DNA from: Pseudomonadales bacterium | GTDB taxonomy: Bacteria > Patescibacteriota > Microgenomatia > UBA1400 > PJMF01 | Direction of reading: 5' to 3' | Assembly: GCA_020632235.1 (NCBI GenBank) | Contig: JACKFY010000004.1 | Location: 4,811 to 68,810, forward strand | Length of the DNA: 64,000 bases | Shown: positions 27,667 through 35,820 of the stretch, one piece after another | Numbering within the stretch: the first letter of the stretch is position 1 | Layout: every line of letters begins with the position of its first letter | Position numbers and translations under genes: made by a program | Notes under the pieces: generated by a model | Databases searched by the model: none | The model's input: the letters and a program-made list of their open reading frames with translations, nothing else | What the model was told of the DNA's origin: nothing

Positions 27667-27774
27667 CCAAAAAAAATCAAGATCGTATCATCAAGTTTTT
27701 TGCCGTACTGTTTATTATTTTTATGATTCTCTCTACCTTCGCTGGTGGGCTTTTAACAATGCTATAGTGAGGTT

Positions 27775-29760
27775 GTGTACTATCTTTCTACTCCGCTCAC
27801 TGACGTTCAGGGTATCGGCGCAGTAACTGCCAAAAAATTAGCATCGATTGATATTCATACAGTGAGTGATTTTCTACTCATTCTTCCTTTGCGCTACGAC
27901 GACCGCTCACAGCACACGGCTATCGACAGCCTGCCATTGGGTGAAGTAGCAACCATTACTGGCTACATTACCGATGCCAAACAGTTTCGCAAAGGCAAGC
28001 GCACCTTTCAATCAGCCACCGCTCATGACGAAACAGGTAGTATCAAGCTGCAGTGGTTTAACAATCCCTACATTATTTCTCAGGTACAACCTGAAGTGCT
28101 CTACACCATCAGCGGTAAGGTGGGCAAGTATCAAACACTGGTGCAGCCAACCATTGAAAAGGTGGGCCAAGAAGGCATTCACACGGGGCGCATCGTCCCT
28201 TTCTACACGAGTACTACCAGAATGCCCCAAGGGACAACTCGCCGACTAGCACATCACATCCTCAAACAGCTGGCGGTAGAAACACAACCACTCGACGAGT
28301 ACTTGCACACCCAACACAGTACGCTCCCCGATCTACTCACAGCGCTCAAGATACTTCATTTTCCAGACCAAGAAAATGACGTGAGTGAGGCAAAAAAACG
28401 CATTGCGCTCGAAGAGTTTGTCCAGATTGCCAGGCAAGGGCGGGTGGGAAAAGAAGAGTGGAGCGATAAGGCAAGCGTAGGACAGATACACACCCAACCA
28501 CAACCGATTGTTCCAGCAAGTATTCCATTTGCCCCCACAAACGCCCAAGAAAGATCGATACAAGAAATTATGCATGATTTGGGTAGAACCACGCCCATGA
28601 ATAGACTGTTGATTGGTGATGTAGGCTCTGGCAAAACAGTGGTAGCTGGCACTGCTGCCTACCACCTGGTGCGCGCTGGCCACTCGGTAGCCCTTATTGC
28701 ACCCACCAAACTGCTCGCAACCCAACACACAGAAACACTCCGCTCCCTGTTTCCCGATATGGAGGTAGCAGTGCTGACAAGTACGCGGGCACTCAAAGAG
28801 GCAAGCACCCCGAGACTCGTAGTGGGCACTCACAGTGTCATTAACCAGCTGGAGACGATCAGCCCTGCTCTGGTTATATACGACGAACAACATCGCTTTG
28901 GAGTACTGCACCGTAGCACAGTGATGGATAAAAAAACTATCCCCCACACCTTGACTATGACTGCCACTCCCATTCCCCGCAGCATGATGCTCACGCTCTT
29001 TTCGCACCTTTCTGTTTCTCATGTTGATGAGCTACCCCGTGGGAGAAAACCCACCACCACCTGGGTCGTGCCAGAACAAAAACGAGCCGACTCATACCAG
29101 TGGATCAAAAACCAACTGAAAACAAACCCAGACTGGCAGGTGCTCATCGTCTGCCCGTTTGTCAACCCATCAGAGGCAGAACACACCGCCCATGTTGCCA
29201 ACGCGGTCGAAACGCACAAGCACATACAAAGTGCCTTTCCAGGCTATACCGTAGGGTTACTACACGGCCAGCAAACCAAAAAAGAGCAAAAAACAAGCAT
29301 TACCGCCATGTTTCAAAAAGACACTCAAATCCTCGTCACCACACCTATTGTGGAGGTAGGGGTCGATCTACCACAAGCTTCTATTATCATTATCGAATCA
29401 GCCGAGCGCTTTGGACTGGCGAGTCTTCACCAACTACGAGGAAGGGTGGGGCGGGCGGGGAGTGAAAGCTACTGCCTCCTGTTTGTTTCAAAAAAAAGTG
29501 GAGAGGCAACCAAGAGGTTGCGATACATTACCACCCATCACAATGGGAGTGAACTGGCCCAAAAAGACCTAGAGATGCGAGGGGCGGGGAGCTTGTTTGG
29601 TACAGAACAAAGTGGGTTTGCTGGCCTCAGGTTTGCCTCGTGGAGTAATATCGAGCTACTCAAGTTGGCGCAACACGCTGACGAAGTCCTCCCAAAGCAA
29701 TGGAGTTCAGAGATCATATCAATTGCTCCTAGTGCAGATACTCAGGTAGTAGCAAATTAG
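27775..29760 (+). CDS. recG: ATP-dependent DNA helicase RecG
   Basis: N-terminal L..GIGAVTAKKLASIDIHTVSDFLLILPLRYDD wedge region, DEAD-box motifs GSGKT and DEQH, and helicase C motifs. Confidence 0.85.
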   Translation: MYYLSTPLTDVQGIGAVTAKKLASIDIHTVSDFLLILPLRYDDRSQHTAIDSLPLGEVATITGYITDAKQFRKGKRTFQSATAHDETGSIKLQWFNNPYIISQVQPEVLYTISGKVGKYQTLVQPTIEKVGQEGIHTGRIVPFYTSTTRMPQGTTRRLAHHILKQLAVETQPLDEYLHTQHSTLPDLLTALKILHFPDQENDVSEAKKRIALEEFVQIARQGRVGKEEWSDKASVGQIHTQPQPIVPASIPFAPTNAQERSIQEIMHDLGRTTPMNRLLIGDVGSGKTVVAGTAAYHLVRAGHSVALIAPTKLLATQHTETLRSLFPDMEVAVLTSTRALKEASTPRLVVGTHSVINQLETISPALVIYDEQHRFGVLHRSTVMDKKTIPHTLTMTATPIPRSMMLTLFSHLSVSHVDELPRGRKPTTTWVVPEQKRADSYQWIKNQLKTNPDWQVLIVCPFVNPSEAEHTAHVANAVETHKHIQSAFPGYTVGLLHGQQTKKEQKTSITAMFQKDTQILVTTPIVEVGVDLPQASIIIIESAERFGLASLHQLRGRVGRAGSESYCLLFVSKKSGEATKRLRYITTHHNGSELAQKDLEMRGAGSLFGTEQSGFAGLRFASWSNIELLKLAQHADEVLPKQWSSEIISIAPSADTQVVAN

Positions 29761-29844
29761 CAACACGCCAAGAGCCCTTGACCATTCCTCTTGGGTTAGG
29801 TTACAATCGCCATCGTTTGGAAAACATAACAAAGGAGCATCACC

Positions 29845-30261
29845 ATGGGAGCACTACCAAAAAATAAAATTACCAGAGCCGAGCGAGGCAAACGTCGCAG
29901 TGGCAACACACCCAGTATCACCAAACAAACCGCTCATCACTCCGTACCACGTCACAAGCGAGGATTTGTGGCACAGATACTAGCCAGCATGGGCTTGAAA
30001 AGCACGGATAGCACAAAGCAAGATACTGCGCAACAATCAACACAGGTTACTACTCCCAAGACCACAAAAAAAGTAGAGACAGGGCGCACAAAGAAAGCGG
30101 CCAGCAAAACAACAAAAAAACCAACCACTGCCAAGAAAAAAACCGCTAGCACGGTAAAAAAAACAAACGCTTCCAAGAAAAAAACTACCAAAACTACAAA
30201 GAAACCAGCTAAACCAACAAAAAAACCAACCACTACAGCGAGCGCAAAGACTAGTACGTAA
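29845..30261 (+). CDS. Ribosomal protein bL32-like N-terminus fused to a Lys/Thr-rich histone H1-like tail
   Basis: MGALPKNKITRAERGKRRS fits the bL32 pattern MxxPKxKxxRxxRxKRR. It is followed by an 80-aa KKTxKK repeat tail. Confidence 0.45.
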   Translation: MGALPKNKITRAERGKRRSGNTPSITKQTAHHSVPRHKRGFVAQILASMGLKSTDSTKQDTAQQSTQVTTPKTTKKVETGRTKKAASKTTKKPTTAKKKTASTVKKTNASKKKTTKTTKKPAKPTKKPTTTASAKTST

Positions 30262-30279
30262 TGCTCTTGCTCCTGCTCT

Positions 30280-30645
30280 ATGTCTGACGATCGCCACCAG
30301 AAACGAATCCACCGCATGCAGCTCTTATTTGCGGCTGGTTTTTCACCAACGCAGCAGCACGCCAGTAATCCAATAGATAGTGAGTACATACAAGCGGTGC
30401 TATCAGAACGAGAAAGCATTGATGCGCTCATTCAATCAGCTGCCCCAGAACGACCACTCTCAGAGATCAACAAAGTGGACCTTGCCATACTACGGGTGAT
30501 TATGTTTGAATCAAGACATCACAACACACCGCCAAAAGTACTGGTCAACGAAGGCATAGAGCTCGCCAAAGCATACGGGAGCGATGCGTCTTCCAAGTTT
30601 GTCAATGGTGTGTTGGCAAAACTGCTCATTGATAGTACAAAATAA
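30280..30645 (+). CDS. nusB: Transcription antitermination factor NusB
   Basis: KVDLAILRVIMFE...VLVNEGIELAKAYGSDASSKFVNGVLAKL matches the NusB core. Confidence 0.8.
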   Translation: MSDDRHQKRIHRMQLLFAAGFSPTQQHASNPIDSEYIQAVLSERESIDALIQSAAPERPLSEINKVDLAILRVIMFESRHHNTPPKVLVNEGIELAKAYGSDASSKFVNGVLAKLLIDSTK

Positions 30646-30668
30646 ACAGTAAAAGAACACACATACCG

Positions 30669-30926
30669 ATGCACACCTACACCAGCATTCATGATGTTGT
30701 AACCGAAACCATTGCAGAGCTGTGCGGGCTGGAGAGCTTTGAAGTTCGTCCTGAAGACAGCTTGGAAGAAGATCTCGGCATTGCTCCACAAGACTTGAAG
30801 GTACTGCGTAGTATTTTGGAAAAAAAACTACGTCTCGACCATCTGGATGACACCGTGCTCTACCAAGAGGCGGAGACCGTTGCACAACTAGCCGAGCTGG
30901 TGAGCGAAGAAGTGGAGTTGGGATAG
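30669..30926 (+). CDS. Acyl carrier protein-like small acidic protein
   Basis: An 85-aa acidic protein with EDSLEEDLGI (a DSL-like phosphopantetheine site) in the acpP-rnc position seen in Firmicutes. Confidence 0.45.
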   Translation: MHTYTSIHDVVTETIAELCGLESFEVRPEDSLEEDLGIAPQDLKVLRSILEKKLRLDHLDDTVLYQEAETVAQLAELVSEEVELG

Positions 30927-30928
30927 TC

Positions 30929-31591
30929 ATGCTACCTACGTTTACCAACCAGCAACTGCTCACCACCGCTCTCACACACCGCAGCGCCTTGAATGAAAAC
31001 CCCGGTCTTTCACCAGAGTCAAATGAGCGACTTGAGTTCTTGGGTGATGCTGTGCTTGAGCTTGTCACTACCGAGTACTTGTTTACAACCTATCCAGACG
31101 AACCAGAGGGGGAGCTCACCGCCTACCGCAGTGCTTTGGTCAAAACCACCACCCTAGCCCAAGCTGCAACTGGGCTCAAACTAGGGAGTATGCTTCATAT
31201 GAGTAAGGGTGAAGAGACCACGGGAGGCAGAGAAAGTATAGGACTTCTTGCCAATACCATGGAGGCACTTATTGGCGCGCTGTACCTTGACCAAGGGTAC
31301 AATGCGTGTGTTTCATTCATACAAGAACACGTGTTGTGGCGGATTGATGAGATTATTAATAAAAAACTGTACAAAGACCCAAAAAGTAATCTGCAAGAAG
31401 TTGTGCAGGCAGAAGGACTAGAGACCCCCACCTACGAAGTGCTCAAAGAAACAGGTCCTGACCACGACAAACAATTTATAGTCGGAGTGTATGTTGACGG
31501 TGAGCTAACAGGAAAAGGAACGGGGAAAAGCAAGCAAGAGGCGCAGCGCAGCGCGGCTACAAAAGCACTTTCTGTAGTACAAAAAAGATAG
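30929..31591 (+). CDS. rnc: Ribonuclease III
   Basis: ERLEFLGDAVLELVTTEYLF matches the RNase III signature. A C-terminal dsRBD is present. Confidence 0.9.
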   Translation: MLPTFTNQQLLTTALTHRSALNENPGLSPESNERLEFLGDAVLELVTTEYLFTTYPDEPEGELTAYRSALVKTTTLAQAATGLKLGSMLHMSKGEETTGGRESIGLLANTMEALIGALYLDQGYNACVSFIQEHVLWRIDEIINKKLYKDPKSNLQEVVQAEGLETPTYEVLKETGPDHDKQFIVGVYVDGELTGKGTGKSKQEAQRSAATKALSVVQKR

Positions 31592-31592
31592 A

Positions 31593-31621
31593 TTGTCATT
31601 TTTCCTGACGAGGTGTATAAT
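31593..31621 (+). promoter_or_regulatory. Candidate sigma70 promoter of rpsP
   Basis: TTGTCA, a 17-nt spacer, and TATAAT preceded by TG. Confidence 0.4.
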
Positions 31622-31663
31622 CTCGGGGTTGTAAAAGCTAAGAAAGTAAGTACTCAAAGATAT

Positions 31664-32101
31664 ATGTTGAAAATAAAACTCGCACGCTTTGGTAAACGTG
31701 GCCAACCTCACTATCGATTTGTCATCACCAAAGATCGCAGCAAGCGAGATAGCAACTACATAGAAAGTATCGGTCACTACGCACCGACACAAAACCCCAA
31801 GGTACTTGTTCTTGATCTAGAAAAGTACGACGAGTGGTTGAAAAAAGGGGCACAGCCTACCGACACAGTCGCAGGTCTGGCCAAACGCGTAGCCTCGGGA
31901 AATCCCTTTCCTGAAAAACCAAAAAAGCCATCAAGAAAAGCCCTGGCAAAAGCGGCAAACAAAGCTGAAGAAAAAGTAGCAGAAACAGAAACTACCACTG
32001 ATAAAGGTAGTGAAGGTAGTGAAGAACAAACAAAGCAAGCTGAGACAAAAAACGAACAAAAAGAGATAAAAGAAGAAACAACAGAAGAAAAAGTAGAGTA
32101 G
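31664..32101 (+). CDS. rpsP: 30S ribosomal protein S16 with a Lys/Glu-rich C-terminal extension
   Basis: MLKIKLARFGKRGQPHYRFVITKDRSKRDS matches the S16 N-terminus. The ORF-track start is an upstream GTG. The ATG at 31664 is preferred. Confidence 0.85.
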   Translation: MLKIKLARFGKRGQPHYRFVITKDRSKRDSNYIESIGHYAPTQNPKVLVLDLEKYDEWLKKGAQPTDTVAGLAKRVASGNPFPEKPKKPSRKALAKAANKAEEKVAETETTTDKGSEGSEEQTKQAETKNEQKEIKEETTEEKVE

Positions 32102-32137
32102 ATAAAAACAGAAACGTGCGTCATACTAGCTTCATAC

Positions 32138-32368
32138 ATGAAAAATTTAATCGAGTTTCTCCTTATTCACATTACGCAACATCCAGAAGATGTTTTGGTC
32201 GTTGAAGAACAGGACGAGCATGGCTACACCTACACCATCAACGTGCACGATGATGACATTGGCAGAGTTATCGGCAAGAGAGGCTCGGTCATTCATGCTA
32301 TTCGCAGCATTGCCAAGATTCGCGCAGTCAAAGAACACATTCGCGCCTACGTCACTATTGCCGAGTAA
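32138..32368 (+). CDS. KH-domain RNA-binding protein (UPF0109/YlqC-like)
   Basis: VIGKRGSVIHAIRSIAK matches the KH GxxG loop. It sits in the conserved position after rpsP. Confidence 0.8.
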   Translation: MKNLIEFLLIHITQHPEDVLVVEEQDEHGYTYTINVHDDDIGRVIGKRGSVIHAIRSIAKIRAVKEHIRAYVTIAE

Positions 32369-32436
32369 TACTTCCTTCCCCTTGTGAGGGAGCCCCGATG
32401 TGAAATCGGGACGGGAACTCAAGTGAAACATGAGAG

Positions 32437-32514
32437 GGGTTTCTGTCATTTCGACTGGAACAAAGTGGAATGGAGAAATCCCGCTCAGATCTCTCCACTT
32501 ACGGTCGAGATGAC
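32437..32514. repeat. Intergenic long-hairpin repeat element R, copy 1
   Basis: GTCATTTCGAC pairs with GTCGAGATGAC (11 bp) around a roughly 50-nt loop. It is homologous to 44194-44268. Confidence 0.5.
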
Positions 32515-32543
32515 ATACTAGGTTTCAGTTGACGTCACACAAC

Positions 32544-33326
32544 CTACAGTCCAGTGTTTTGCCCGGGCACCACAAAGAAATCTTGCGAGCCGCCACCTTC
32601 GATCTGAGTTTGCGTAGGCACTACTATGCGGTTGAGTTGATCAAGCTTGACTAACACTTCTTCTTGGTCACTCGCAATCTCTGGTAGGGGAGTATCAACA
32701 GAGGTTGTCACGTCTTTGATAAAGTAGTAGGTGCGGGTTTCCAGCTCCGCTCGAAGCACCCCAGCCGAACGAAAGTTGGCTGTTTGGTCGTTTGATTTTT
32801 TTTGTAGTGTGACCTTGGTAAAGGAAGTAAACGGCGCAAACTGCTCGATGATCTGCAGAAAGCTCTGAATAGAGGTAAAGTCACCCTCCAACTCTACATA
32901 TAAATCAAGCGCATCGTAGTCTTCTACCTGACTTGATCGTTTTGTTTGGGCGCTGGCAGTAGCAAGCTCTCCGGGGCTCACCTCAAATGTGCTCAATGTC
33001 ACACCAGACTGATTGGCAGCAGAGCGTAAACTAGAAAGTAGCTCGAGCAAAGGTTTTTTTGAGGGAAGAGCGGCATCAGCCACTTCCGACTGCTCTTGTG
33101 TTTGCTGCTGGACCAGCTGTAATTGATCTCGCTTCTTTTCTAGTACAGCAATCTCTTTTCGTAACGCAGTCGTCTGTTGCTGTTTTTCATACGCCATGTT
33201 TGCTTGGGGAATAGCCACCACAAAGATTAGTAGTGCTGATCCAGCCAATAGAGCAACAGCAGTAAACAAGTACCGTCTGCGTGAAAGGAGTAATTTGTAG
33301 TGAATTTTTTTCTTTGCTGCAGCCAT
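32544..33326 (-). CDS. pilO: Type IV pilus assembly protein PilO-like
   Basis: Single N-terminal TM, coiled coil, and periplasmic domain. It is last in the pilM-pilN-pilO order. Confidence 0.65.
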   Translation of the reverse strand: MAAAKKKIHYKLLLSRRRYLFTAVALLAGSALLIFVVAIPQANMAYEKQQQTTALRKEIAVLEKKRDQLQLVQQQTQEQSEVADAALPSKKPLLELLSSLRSAANQSGVTLSTFEVSPGELATASAQTKRSSQVEDYDALDLYVELEGDFTSIQSFLQIIEQFAPFTSFTKVTLQKKSNDQTANFRSAGVLRAELETRTYYFIKDVTTSVDTPLPEIASDQEEVLVKLDQLNRIVVPTQTQIEGGGSQDFFVVPGQNTGL

Positions 33327-33337
33327 ATCTATCTTTT

Positions 33338-33886
33338 TTATGTTTCTGTAGTCAGGTAGACAGTTAAGTCCATAATGTACCCACCATCAGCAGTTCTCCT
33401 GAGTCCATCCTTTTGTACTTGACGCACCAGAGAGCTTCGCTGATTGGAGAGTGTGTTATATACCTCTTCTAATACAAACACGTCTTTTGCCTGCAAACCA
33501 AACGAGATAAATTGATCTTGCGATGAGTAGCGAATCTCGCTAATACTTACATCTCTGCCAAACGCGTTACTAAAGTAATCGATAGCTTCTTGCTTGTTTT
33601 TCCGCTCACCAAAAAGCTCTGACAATACCGCTACTTTTTGGGCAAAGACTGCGTAAGAATATTCTGCCTCACTCTGTGAGAGAAGCTCTTCGCGCACCGC
33701 TATCTCACGCTCTTCTAGAGCAGTCACAGACTGGCGAAACCACACGTGTGCCAAAATACTCCCCACACTCAATGCTACACACACAAGCAGCACGCCAATA
33801 GCAATGACTTGCTTTTTTTTGTCTTTCTCTGCCACTGCGGCAAATCGTTTTCTGGCAGTGTGAACAAAGTTGATGTTTCGCGCCAT
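33338..33886 (-). CDS. pilN: Type IV pilus assembly protein PilN-like
   Basis: A 182-aa protein with a single TM after a basic N-terminus, positioned between pilM and pilO. Confidence 0.65.
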   Translation of the reverse strand: MARNINFVHTARKRFAAVAEKDKKKQVIAIGVLLVCVALSVGSILAHVWFRQSVTALEEREIAVREELLSQSEAEYSYAVFAQKVAVLSELFGERKNKQEAIDYFSNAFGRDVSISEIRYSSQDQFISFGLQAKDVFVLEEVYNTLSNQRSSLVRQVQKDGLRRTADGGYIMDLTVYLTTET

Positions 33887-33887
33887 G

Positions 33888-34895
33888 CTACACCTCTCTC
33901 ATGAGTAGTCCCATGGCTGGTCCAAAGCTAGCGGTCGTAAGAACAGTGGGTAGTGCTCCCTTGGCGCTGGCAAATGGCGCTGCCACTAGTGTCTCGACAC
34001 CCAGCACCTCAGTGATATGCTCTACCAGCCCAGGCATCACCGCCGAACCGCCAGACAAAATAACACGACTAATAGTCTGGCCACCTGCTTGGTTGGCATA
34101 AAACTGCATAGATTTTTGCACCTCTCCTGTGAGCACCTGCATCGTGGTCAAGATAGCCTCACGCACCTTCCCCTGAAACTGTGACGGGTCAAGCCCATAC
34201 GTGCGCTTGTACTGCTCGGCTTGCTCTGCGGTCAAAGAAAATGATTGAGAGATAGACTTGGTCAGCAACTGTCCACCGTTCAGATGAGACACCACAAACT
34301 GCAGCTCGTCGCCACGCATGACCACAAGCGTCATGGTCTGGGCGCCCAAATGCATGATCAAAGTTGGCGGGTCTTCTGGAGTAAACCCCAGTGAGCGCAC
34401 CAGCGAAAGTGCCTGTGTTTCTACAAGCGTGGGCTCAATACCAATCGCATTAAACATCTCAACGTAGCGTTCAATGTTGTTTTTTCGCGCTCCCACCAAG
34501 AGCACGCGCATGTTTTCTTTACTACTTTTTTCTGGCCTATACAGCACTTGGTACTCTAGCGTCAGCTCATCGGGCGGGATGGGAATGTGTTTTTCAGCCT
34601 GCCACTGAATGGCGGATGCCAGCTCAGCATCGTTGAGTGGCGGTATGGCGATCACCTTGGTCGAGACCACAGTCTCGGGGATTGTCAGGCGCACATCATT
34701 GGTGGGAAACCTGTTGTCAGACCACAGTGAAGAGAGAACTTGGGTCAAACGCTCCAGCGTCGGCTCATCGGCGGGCACTGCGCTACCCACGCTGTTGAAT
34801 GTCTCTATCACTCGCTCAACAACTGGCTGTTTGCCGGGTTTGGCGTGGATGGTTTTGATGGTGTATGAACCAATATCTATGGCAACGGCAGGCAT
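33888..34895 (-). CDS. pilM: Type IV pilus assembly protein PilM (actin-like ATPase fold)
   Basis: N-terminal AIDIGSYTIKTIH... matches the PilM/FtsA-like fold. 335 aa. Confidence 0.85.
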   Translation of the reverse strand: MPAVAIDIGSYTIKTIHAKPGKQPVVERVIETFNSVGSAVPADEPTLERLTQVLSSLWSDNRFPTNDVRLTIPETVVSTKVIAIPPLNDAELASAIQWQAEKHIPIPPDELTLEYQVLYRPEKSSKENMRVLLVGARKNNIERYVEMFNAIGIEPTLVETQALSLVRSLGFTPEDPPTLIMHLGAQTMTLVVMRGDELQFVVSHLNGGQLLTKSISQSFSLTAEQAEQYKRTYGLDPSQFQGKVREAILTTMQVLTGEVQKSMQFYANQAGGQTISRVILSGGSAVMPGLVEHITEVLGVETLVAAPFASAKGALPTVLTTASFGPAMGLLMREV

Positions 34896-34927
34896 GGTGT
34901 ATTGTTTGTATTACTTGCTACATAGGT

Positions 34928-35728
34928 TTAATTAACTTGTTGTATCTCTCCTTCTGCATACAGTGAGTAGTCCATAAATGCAGGAACAGCAGGTAGTATC
35001 CGCTGGGCAGACACGCTGTGCTGCTCGGTGCTGTCTGCACCCTCATTTGCAGTATTCCTGGCAGTAGAAACGATATCATGTGCCTGTACAGTGCCGATCA
35101 CTGTCGTAACCAAGTCGGTACCCGCGTACACGGGGTGCAGTCGCATCTTGAGTGGCGTGAGCGTTGACTGCAAAGGCACACTGTAGCTATTTTTGTACTC
35201 TCCTGATGAAATAGTAGTAGAGCCGTCAAAATCATCGCCTCGAGCATTTCCATTGTTATTATTGGGTTGGCCAATCGCGTGATACTCCACCAAACCATTG
35301 CTGTAGTACACCGCTGCAATAAGAGACGCTCTCTGGTTTATATCTCCTTCCTTTGCCCACTCAATGTCCAGTCGATCACTCGTAAAGCCCTCAAGTTGCA
35401 CCTCGGCTACCTCGCCCTCAAGCAACGATACTTCCAAGGTATCAGTGGGCGTAATGGTGTATGAGCCAGCTGTGTTTTGACCATCATCGGAAAATGAAAC
35501 TGTTTGGGGCCCTGCACCAACAGAAAAATTACCACTCTGCAGTGCTCGTTCTATCCCCGTCTCGGCTGCATTTAGCACCTTGGTTGACTCGCTTTGCTGA
35601 GTGGCTCTGCCCAAGTCATCACTGGTGCGCACCGCTACAGACAGCCCTACAGTCAGCACTACTGCCATTAAAAGTAGTACTATTACCGCAATTTGCCCAC
35701 GCTGCGAGTGTTTCTGACGGATCACCAT
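34928..35728 (-). CDS. PilX-like minor pilin / pilus assembly protein
   Basis: QRGQIAVIVLLLMAVVLTVGLSVA matches the PilX N-terminal hydrophobic segment. Start chosen at the internal Met (ORF track: 35794). Confidence 0.5.
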   Translation of the reverse strand: MVIRQKHSQRGQIAVIVLLLMAVVLTVGLSVAVRTSDDLGRATQQSESTKVLNAAETGIERALQSGNFSVGAGPQTVSFSDDGQNTAGSYTITPTDTLEVSLLEGEVAEVQLEGFTSDRLDIEWAKEGDINQRASLIAAVYYSNGLVEYHAIGQPNNNNGNARGDDFDGSTTISSGEYKNSYSVPLQSTLTPLKMRLHPVYAGTDLVTTVIGTVQAHDIVSTARNTANEGADSTEQHSVSAQRILPAVPAFMDYSLYAEGEIQQVN

Positions 35729-35820
35729 ACCATCTATACTATCCTGTATTGCCATGCAATTGCAATGGGTAGGTAGGTCATGTTGCTGATACACAAAAAA
35801 TACCCTACACTGAGTACACT

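Noticed and set aside
28333-29022. 229-aa minus-strand ORF inside recG
   Set aside because: Fully embedded antisense to a well-supported recG with conserved helicase motifs.
29952-30431. 159-aa minus-strand ORF opposite the L32-like K-rich tail, and 30037..30312(-)
   Set aside because: A mirror-image artefact of the sense-strand low-complexity repeat. It also overlaps nusB in antisense.
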